Assembly (NCBI GenBank): GCA_964252035.1
Contig: OZ176212.1
Origin: Podarcis erhardii
Taxonomy: Eukaryota
Length of the DNA stretch: 64,000 bases
Direction: 5' to 3' (one strand)
Shown: piece after piece, positions 28,227 through 35,915 of the stretch
Layout: each line of letters starts with the position of its first letter
Numbering within the stretch: position 1 is the first letter of the stretch
Notes under the pieces: generated by a model
What the model saw: only the letters and a program-made list of their open reading frames with translations
What the model was told of the DNA's origin: nothing
Databases searched by the model: none
Translations under genes and position numbers: made by a program

Positions 28227-28299
28227 ATGGCTGACCAGCACCAGGATTTCAATATGACAGATGACCATTTGGTGAGCCAAGCTAGATGGAACCAGACAG
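28227..28299 (+). CDS. MAPT: Microtubule-associated protein tau, coding exon 1 (exon starts 28210)
   Basis: Acceptor ttttctAG at 28208-09, 17-nt UTR, ATG at 28227, MADQHQDFNMTDDHLVSQARWNQT, donor CAG|GTGAGC, phase 1. Homologous to human MAEPRQEFEVMEDH. Confidence 0.9.
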
Positions 28300-28544
28300 G
28301 TGAGCCCAACCGGGTGGGAGACAGGAAGGAGCTTCTTCCACAGGATGGAATCCAGGATGTTGGTTCACAGTTTGGAGAAAGGCTGTATGTGGGGATGGAG
28401 CCTGGAAGTATAAATGGGTTAAGGAAAGGTTAGTCATGAATCCTAGTCAAAACTACTATTGTGCATGTTATTGCCACTTGCTGCCAGCTTTACTGCTTAA
28501 ATATCAGTTTACTAACAAGGAACTTAAATAATTGCTGTTTAAGA

Positions 28545-28746
28545 TGGTTTTATTTATTTATTTGGTAAATATCCATACCACCCTTCATCCAAGGATTACA
28601 GGTTTACAATATGAAAGCACAAGAATACATAAAATAGTAACAAAAAACAACAATAACCACCCACAGTGTTTAAAACACCATATAATGTTTAATTAGTCAA
28701 AGGTCTGAGAGAAGAGGAATGTTTCTGTCCAGCACCTAAAGGTATG
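28545..28746 (-). mobile_element. L2-like LINE 3' end, left piece (interrupted by the gypsy element)
   Basis: (ATAA)n-type tail at the left end; the sequence resumes at 35762 with aatggggagtcaccacagaaaaggccc, typical of the same family by recollection. Confidence 0.55.
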
Positions 28747-29572
28747 TGTCAGAGCTGCCCCAAGGTCCCAGCTCACAGAGGACCAACGCCAGGTCGTCGT
28801 TATGTACAAAAGTCTTTATTAAAGTTCAGTTTCCATTTCAAAGCCGCAGCGCGCAGCTCTACGTCTTAAACCCTAGACCGTCGAAGTTCCGTCTGAATCT
28901 CCTCCCCCCTGACACCAGTTTAAGATTCTAGCCCTGCTCCACCTCTTCCTCTGCTCTCTCCTCCGCTGGGTCCTCCTGCCCGCTGAGGCATTCCCCTTTC
29001 TGGACTCTTCTGACGCTGAGTCGCCTGACTCCTCCCCCTGCCTCCGGCGGGCTTTAGGACCTGGTTCCCAGTCCTCGTTCTCTACTGTCCCGCTCGCCTG
29101 TACATTTGAACTTGGCTCTCGCGCCAACCCAGTGACCTTCCTCCTGACCGTTACACTGCTTCTATCACTGCTTCCCTCTTCCGGGATGCTGGCTGGACCT
29201 GACCTCCCCTCCGTTGCCTGACTCTCCGATGGAGGCGTGGTCAGCCCTGACTCATCTTCTCTCCCTGGTGGGGGATACGCTGGACCCGATATCTGGGACT
29301 CTTCCCCCCCACTATGCTCTGGTGGGGAAGCTGGTCCTGATCTCCAACTGCTGCTCTGGGAGTCCCCGCTGGCCCCTTGCTTCTGGAGTGTCCCCCTTGG
29401 GACCCCCCTTGCCCTGGCCACCGGGGCCCCCTTCTGTGAATCTTCCGATTCGCTGGAGAGGCTCATGGAATCTCTCGGGCCATTGTCATCTTCTCCTACG
29501 CTGCCCTCCGATTCTTCCCCTTCGCTCTCCCTTTCCTCCCTTCCCTGTGCTTCTGCTCCTGAGCCCCTGACA
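28747..29572 (-). repeat. 3' LTR (826 bp)
   Basis: Minus strand begins TGTCAG (29572) and ends CTGACA (28747); preceded by the purine tract GAGGGGGGATGGA; AATAAA at 28815-28820; TATA-like CTTAAA at 28919-28924. Confidence 0.85.
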
Positions 29573-29577
29573 TCCAT
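28873..29577 (-). CDS. U3-encoded 234-aa Ser/Glu/Gly-rich ORF with basic C-terminus, function unknown
   Basis: ATG lies in the PPT, the ORF spans all of U3 and stops ~20 nt into the predicted R region, before AATAAA; internal RSGPASxPE repeats; basic clusters PKARRR and RRTQRRREQRKR. Confidence 0.5.
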   Translation of the reverse strand: MDVRGSGAEAQGREERESEGEESEGSVGEDDNGPRDSMSLSSESEDSQKGAPVARARGVPRGTLQKQGASGDSQSSSWRSGPASPPEHSGGEESQISGPAYPPPGREDESGLTTPPSESQATEGRSGPASIPEEGSSDRSSVTVRRKVTGLAREPSSNVQASGTVENEDWEPGPKARRRQGEESGDSASEESRKGNASAGRRTQRRREQRKRWSRARILNWCQGGGDSDGTSTV

Positions 29578-29614
29578 CCCCCCTCGAAGCCCCCCCTTCC
29601 CCCCTCCCCCTCTT
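29573..29614 (-). other. Polypurine tract (G-run rich, G-quadruplex-like)
   Basis: GAAGAGGGGGAGGGGGGAAGGGGGGGCTTCGAGGGGGGATGGA directly precedes the LTR TG. Confidence 0.8.
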
Positions 29615-32600
29615 CTGGTGTGGGTTCCGGGTGCTCCAGTGTTGTGGGGGTGAGTGCAGGATACAGTTCATCCCCCCTGGTGTGCAGCCAGCCGGCTGGA
29701 TTCTGCCAGTCCGTGACGGGCTCGTCGACGTCGATCTCCTCTGCTTCCATTTCTCTGCAGGTGTGCTCGAACCCAGGATCCTCCCCCAACACATCCATGT
29801 CCCCCTCTCCCCCTGTTGCCTCGGGTGACGTTGTGTGCAAGGACCCTCCCGGCAGTTCCCTGCTCCACCCCACCTCCGGTTGATCTTCCCACCAATATAG
29901 GTGCCAAAACCCAAGACCGATCCCTCTGGAGAGGTAGTCTCTGGCGCCGTTTCCTCAGCTGATGAGAACTCCTGGAACGTGCTGGCTGAGAGTGTGGGTG
30001 TGAAAAGATATTCATCGAAGTAATCTGCCGGCATGGGTCTGTGTGGGAAGAGTGCATGAAACTCGTCTTTGAGGTAGTTCTCCTCCACCGCATAGTAAGG
30101 AACCCACCTGTTGTCGCTTGCTGGGGTACCTTCCCTGGCTAGTAGATATTCAACCCCCTCTTCCCCCCATCTCGGGTCTAAAATCTCTGTGGCCTCGTTG
30201 AGTGGCGCCGCCCTCGGTGACCCCCCCTTCGTGGGCGCCTCGCTGAGTGGGTCTGGTGCGGTCCCTGGCGCCTGGAACCTGTGGGGTGCCTTGTAGGGTG
30301 TGAGCACTGATCTATGAAAGACCGGATGCATTCTGGAACCCTCTGGGAGTGTCAGCCGGAAGGCTACTGGATTGATTTGTGCCTCGACTTGATAAGGCCC
30401 TAGCTGCTTGTGTCCGAGCTTCTTCTTAGCTAACGATCTGGCCGGCACTGCCTGGGCTGCTAACCAGACCCAGTCCCCCACCTGGATGTCTTCCCCAACT
30501 CTCCTGTGTCTGTCCGCTTGCATTTTGTAGGCGTGTTTTGCTAGCTCCAACTGCCGTCGGAGTTGTTCGTGGACCTCCTGTAACTCCACTGCCAAGGCCT
30601 CTGCTCCCTGTGGCTCCCCCTCCTCTACTCTCTCTAATCCCGGGAAGGTTCTGGGATGTCGCCCATTGTTAGCGAAGAACGGTGTCACCCCCGTGGACAC
30701 GTGCTTTGTGTTGTTGTAGGCAAACTCGGCTAGCGGTAGGTAGTCCACCTAGGTCGAGGGCTATTGATTCGCGTAGCATCTCAGGTACTGCTGCATGATG
30801 GCGCTGACCCTCTCCGCTTGTCCGTTGGTCTGCGGGTGTCTTGCCGACGCTAGGTTGATCTTGACGTTCAGGATGCCCAGCAGCTTCCGCCAGAAGCTCG
30901 AGATGAACTGGCGCCCCCGGTCGGACAGGATATACCGCGGTAGGCCGTGCACCTTGAACACTTGGTCTATGAACAGCTTGGCGGTCTGTTCCGCCGTGGC
31001 CACCTTCCCGCAAGGAATGAAGTGCGCCATCTTGGTGAACATGTCTACTACCACGAGTACTGCTGTTTTGCCCCGCGAGCTGGGCAGATCTGTGACAAAG
31101 TCCAGGGCCACCCTCTCCCACGGTTCGAGCGGTGTCTGTAGCGGTTCCAGCAGTCCCGCCGGCGGTCTGTGTACTGGCTTGGCCCTTTGGCATGTGTCGC
31201 ACCTGGTGACGTAATCCGCGACTTCTCCCCTCATCTTGGGCCACCAAAAGTCTCTGGCTACTAATTCCGCCGTCTTGTCCTTGCCGAAGTGCCCGGCGCT
31301 GGGCGCGTCGTGTAACTGTTGCAGTACTTTCGCGCGGAGGTCGTCTCCTGGCATGTAGAGGGCCCCCTTGCGGATGAGCAGTCCGTCGCGTATCTGGAAC
31401 TCGTCGTCCTTCGCTGTGCCTCTTCGCACCTCCTCCATCTTGGATTGTGCGAAGGAATCCGTCTGCAGCGCGTGACGTACCGCGTCCAGGTCCACGGTGG
31501 CTGAAGCGCATGCCCACGCTTTCGGTGCGAAAATGTGTTTGGCCGCCGCCGGTGCCGCTTCCTCGAGGTACTGCGGCTTCCTGGATAGCGCATCCGCCAT
31601 GACGTTGTTGTCTCCCGGGATGTATTCTATCCTGAAGTTGAAATCCGCAAAGAACTCCGCCCAGCGGATGTGTCTCTGGTTCAGGAACCGCGCTGTGCGC
31701 CAGTACTCCAGGTTCTTATGGTCCGTGCGGCCCTGCACTGTGTGTTTGGCTCCGATGAGGAAGTGCCGCCACGCCTTGAAGGCTGCATGAATGGCCAGCA
31801 ACTCCCTGTCCCAGATGGTGTAGTTCTGCTCTGACTTGCTGAGTTTCCTGGAGTAGAAAGCACACGGCCTCCAGTCCCCTTGCGGATCTTGCTGCAACAG
31901 GACCGCCCCCACGGCTCTGTCCGAGGCGTCCGTCTCAACCCTCATTGGTTTGCTGGGGTTGACGTGTAGCAGTTGCTCTTCGGACGCGAAGAGACGTTTG
32001 AGTTTCTGAAAGGACCGCTCCGCCTGGTCTGTCCAGGTGAACTTCTTCTTCTTGGAGCTGAGGGTGTCCGTGATGGCCACCGTCTGCATAGCGAATCCCT
32101 TGATAAACTTGCGATAGAAGTTGGCGAAGCCGATGAACTTCTGGACCTCCTTCCGATTGCGCGGGCTCTTCCAGTCCAACACCGAATGGACCTTGGCGCT
32201 GTCCATGGCGAGTCCCTTGTCGGACAGCTTGTAGCCCAGGAAATCCACCTCCGTCATGTTGAACTGGCACTTCTCCAATTTGGCGTAAAGTCTGTGCTCC
32301 CATAGTCTCTGCAGGACCTCCTTGACGTCTCTGTCGTGAGCCTCCTGCGATTCCGAGAAAATCAGGATGTCGTCCAGGAAGCATACGCACTTCTTGTAGA
32401 GGAGTCCCGCTAACACGTGGTGCATGAAGGCTTGGAAACAATGGGAGCCATTTTGCAAGCCAAACGGCATAACTCTGTATTCATAGGTGCCTAAAGGCGT
32501 AAACATGGCCGTCTTCCACTCGTCGCCCTCCCGCATGCGTATAAGGTTGTACGCCCCTCGCAGATCCAACTTGGTGAAGATGCGTCCCTTCCGCACCGTC

Positions 32601-33450
32601 GCAAGCAGGTCGTCGATCTTGGGCATGGGGAATGCCATGGGCTTCGTCCTCGAATTTATGACCCGGTAATCAACTACAAGCCTCTTTTGGGGCGTGTCTT
32701 TTTTCTTCACGAAAAACACGGGACTGCCCTCCACTGCTTTGGATTCTTGGATGAATCCCCGCTTCAAGTTGTGATCTATGAACTCCCTGAGCTCTTGCAG
32801 TTCGTCTTCAGACATGGAATACAGTTTTCCAGTCAGCAGCGTCGCCCCCGGCAGGAGGTCAATCTTGCAGTCGTAGGGCCTGTGGGGAGGCAGCTTGTCC
32901 GCTTCCTTCTCGCAGAAGACCTCCAAAAATGCCTTGTACTTGTCGGGCACCGCTTGCAGCATGCCCAAGTGTAGCTGCGGTTCATCCTCTCGCCCCTCAT
33001 CTTCCTGGCTAGTCAGGATGCAGTGTTCTGCGCAGTAGGAGGAGGAGGAGGTCAATTGACGCTGGTACCATGCTAGTGCCGGGCTGTGCCTGTCCAGCCA
33101 ACTCATGCCCAATACTATGGGCATGTCCGACAGGTGGGTGACATTGAAGCTGATGACTTCGCGGTGATTTCCAATTTGCATCACCATTGGCGGTGTTTGC
33201 TGTACCACCTGTCCTCCCAGTAGCTCTCTGCCATCAACCGTGACGACGTTCAGGGGCATCGTGGCAGGTAGGAGTGCTATGTGATGTTGCTTGATAAAGT
33301 CCACTCCTACAAAGTCTGCATTACTGCCACAGTCAATGGTAATAGGGACTTCCATGGTGAGTCCATTGGGTAGCTGGAGCGATGCGGTGAGTTGCACCAC
33401 TGGTTTGGGCGGGAGGGGGTCTGTGGGCTGTAAGATCCCTGGGGACTGCT

Positions 33451-34516
33451 TCACTGACTCGTCTGGCTGGGCCCCAGTGCCTCTGTCTCCAGCCAGACTC
33501 CGTCGTTTCCCTGCTGTTGTTCTGCTTCCTTTACTGTTGCTGAGGCTGCAGTGTGCTTGTGGAGCCTCTGGGGACACTCTTTCGCCATGTGCTGAGCACT
33601 GTCGCAGATGTAACACTTCCTGTTCCCTCTAGGAGCCTTCGTCTTGACTGCTCCTGGTGTTTGGGCTCTGGTTGCTGTCTGAGCCCTGGCACCACCTATC
33701 TCCATCGGCTCTTCTCCCCCTCCCAGTGGAGGCGTGGATTGGGCGTGCGCTGTCTCTCTGGGAAAGAAAGGAGGTGATCTAGCTGGCGTGCGTCCCCAAC
33801 GTCCTTCATCCTTGCTCCAAGGACGTTCTTCCAGACGCACCCCTATCGCCAGCGCTCTCTGGACGACTTCCTGAGTGCTCTGGGGTCTCTCCCCCCTCGC
33901 AATTTCATCTTTCACAGCCCCATTCAGCCCCTCCCAGAACAGGTCCCGGGCGGCAGCTGAGTTCTTTTCCCATCCCAGCGCATTAACCAACGCAAAAAAG
34001 TGGGAGTGATATTGTCGCACAGTGGCTTTGCCCTGTTTCAGTCCATGAATCTCCCTCATGGCAACATCCACATCTACTGCAGATTGAAAACAAGCATCCA
34101 TAGCCTTAATAAAGGCATCTGAATTTTGGAGGGCAGGATCATTGTCGCGCCAAAGATTGCGCAGCCACGCTTTAGCTTCCCCATGCAGAGGAGTTAGTAT
34201 GAAGCCTACTTTTTCCTGCTCATCTCTAAAGTCCTTCTGCAGCAACTTGAGCGCGAAAACTACGTCTGCTCTGAAGTTAGGATACTGCTGCAGGCTCCCA
34301 TCGAAATGAGACACGAGGCTGCCCCTCCCTCTTTCCGAGACCAATCCCCTCCGGTTTGGCACCTGGCAGCCCCTGCTTGCTCAACATTTCCAACCTGGTT
34401 TGCAGATCCTGGCAGGCAGCGGCTGCTTCGTCCTCTCTCTTTCTGGATGCTGCTATTTCCATGGTAAGCCTTGTGACTGCGTCTTGCAGGGCTGCCATTC
34501 TTTCGTCTGTACTCAT
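33451..34516 (-). pseudogene. gag (coiled coil, retrotransposon-gag capsid, CCHC knuckle) with a 1-nt frameshift near 34365
   Basis: AGG ATG at 34516 (MSTDERMAALQDAV...); continues in the 33451..34362 frame (FDGS...LHGEAKAW...LFWEGLNGAVKDEI, CYICDSAQHMAKEC). Confidence 0.85.
33505..33511 (-). promoter_or_regulatory. -1 ribosomal frameshift slippery site G GGA AAC
   Basis: In gag phase (CAG GGA AAC), pol is in the -1 frame; 8-nt spacer, then an 8-bp stem CTGGCTGG/CCAGCCAG. Confidence 0.8.
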
Positions 34517-34596
34517 CCTTCCCAATCTTCGTGAGCTCCCAAAGCACCAAGCTTCGCCCCTCGCTGCGTCAACTCACGCTGCGAAGGTTTTTATGG

Positions 34597-34607
34597 AGAC
34601 GGAACTT
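34597..34607 (-). promoter_or_regulatory. Primer-binding site, self-priming (Tf1-type)
   Basis: AAGTTCCGTCT, 2 nt after the 5' LTR, is the exact complement of AGACGGAACTT at 34757-34747 in the LTR, ~29 nt downstream of a TATA-like box. Confidence 0.85.
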
Positions 34608-34609
34608 AC

Positions 34610-35438
34610 TGTCAGAGCTGCCCCAAGGTCCCAGCTCACAGAGGACCAACGCCAGGTCGTCGTTATGTACAAAAGTCTTTATTAAAGTTCAGTTTCCATT
34701 TCAAAGCCGCAGCGCGCAGCTCTACGTCTTAAACCCTAGACCGTCGAAGTTCCGTCTGAATCTCCTCCCCCCTGACACCAGTTTAAGATTCTAGCCCTGC
34801 TCCACCTCTTCCTCTGCTCTCTCCTCCGCTGGGTCCTCCTGCCCGCTGAGGCATTCCCCTTTCTGGACTCTTCTGACGCTGAGTCGCCTGACTCCTCCCC
34901 CTGCCTCCGGCGGGCTTTAGGACCTGGTTCCCAGTCCTCGTTCTCTACTGTCCCGCTCGCCTGTACATTTGAACTTGGCTCTCGCGCCAACCCAGTGACC
35001 TTCCTCCTGACCGTTACACTGCTTCTATCACTGCTTCCCTCTTCCGGGATGCTGGCTGGACCTGACCTCCCCTCCGTTGCCTGACTCTCCGATGGAGGCG
35101 TGGTCAGCCCTGACTCATCTTCTCTCCCTGGTGGGGGATACGCTGGACCCGATATCTGGGACTCTTCCCCCCCCCACTATGCTCTGGTGGGGAAGCTGGT
35201 CCTGATCTCCAACTGCTGCTCTGGGAGTCCCCTGCTGGCCCCTTGCTTCTGGAGTGTCCCCCTTGGGACCCCCCTTGCCCTGGCCACCGGGGCCCCCTTC
35301 TGTGAATCTTCCAATTCGCTGGAGAGGCTCATGGAATCTCTCGGGCCATTGTCATCTTCTCCTACGCTGCCCTCCGATTCTTCCCCTTCGCTCTCCCTTT
35401 CCTCCCTTCCCTGTGCTTCTGCTCCTGAGCCCCTGACA
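34610..35438 (-). repeat. 5' LTR (829 bp)
   Basis: Matches the 3' LTR apart from a C-run 2 nt longer, one extra base and one substitution that I could see; AATAAA at 34678-34683; TATA-like box at 34782-34787. Confidence 0.85.
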
Positions 35439-35761
35439 TCCATCCCCCCTCGAAGCCCCCCCTTCCCCCCTCCCCCTCTTCTGGTGTGGGTTCCGGGTGC
35501 TCCAGTGTTGTGGGGGTGAGTGCAGGATACAGTTCATCCCCCCTGGTGTGCAGCCAGCCGGCTGGATTCTGCCAGTCCGTGACGGGCTCGTCGACGTCGA
35601 TCTCCTCTGCTTCCATTTCTCTGCAGGTGTGCTCGAACCCAGGATCCTCCCCCAACACATCCATGTCCCCCTCTCCCCCTGTTGCCTCGGGTGACGTTGT
35701 GTGCAAGGACCCTCCCGGCAGTTCCCTGCTCCACCCCACCTCCGGTTGATCTTCCCACCAA
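35439..35761 (-). repeat. Duplicate of the PPT and 3' internal segment (323 bp) upstream of the 5' LTR
   Basis: Matches 29573-29895; similarity stops abruptly at ...cttcccaccaa. Confidence 0.85.
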
Positions 35762-35915
35762 ATGGGGAGTCACCACAGAAAAGGCCCACTCTCATGTTGC
35801 CACCCTCAAGACCTCTTGTGGAGAAGGTACATGAAGGACGGCCTCAGATGATGATTGCAGGGTCTGGGTTGGTTCATATGAGGAGAGGCAGTCCTTGAAG
35901 TATTGTGGTCCAGAA
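35762..35915 (-). mobile_element. L2-like LINE, right piece
   Basis: Continuation of the LINE interrupted at 28746 (recalled family similarity). Confidence 0.5.

Larger units (their letters stand above)
29486..33511 (-). pseudogene. pol: protease, RT, RNase H, integrase, chromodomain; two in-frame stops in integrase
   Basis: TIDCGS (PR), TKLDLRGAY, MPFGL and FLDD (RT), TDASD and DRELLAI (RNase H), H-H-CDTC zinc finger, DFVTD/SDRG/QAER (IN), GPY/F motif, chromodomain; TAG stops at 30761-63 and 30749-51 in the same frame. Confidence 0.93.
28747..35761 (-). mobile_element. Ty3/gypsy chromovirus LTR retrotransposon (Tf1/sushi-like), near-intact
   Basis: Two LTRs >99% identical, gag with CCHC knuckle, pol order PR-RT-RNaseH-IN-chromodomain, PPT, self-priming PBS, high retained CpG. 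Confidence 0.97.

Noticed and set aside
28271-28277. Cryptic donor TTG|GTGAGC in tau exon 1
   Set aside because: Phase 0 would frameshift exon 2; the donor at 28299 gives the conserved phase 1.
30154-30168. Alternative PPT (GGGGGGAAGAGGGGG-T-TG) inside the chromodomain
   Set aside because: The site at 29573 is better: it abuts TGTCAG, which forms an inverted repeat with the CTGACA LTR end.
30669-32974. Plus-strand and alternative-frame ORFs overlapping pol (e.g. 282 aa at 30669..31517)
   Set aside because: Typical shadow ORFs of GC-rich coding DNA with no recognisable motifs.
29895-35761. Treating the whole 1.15-kb duplication as the LTR
   Set aside because: Its outer end lacks a TG preceded by a PPT, and a PPT plus TGTCAG lies inside it.
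28747-35761. Endogenous retrovirus or env gene
   Set aside because: Domain order, chromodomain and self-priming PBS indicate Ty3/gypsy; the extra ORF has no signal peptide or transmembrane segment.
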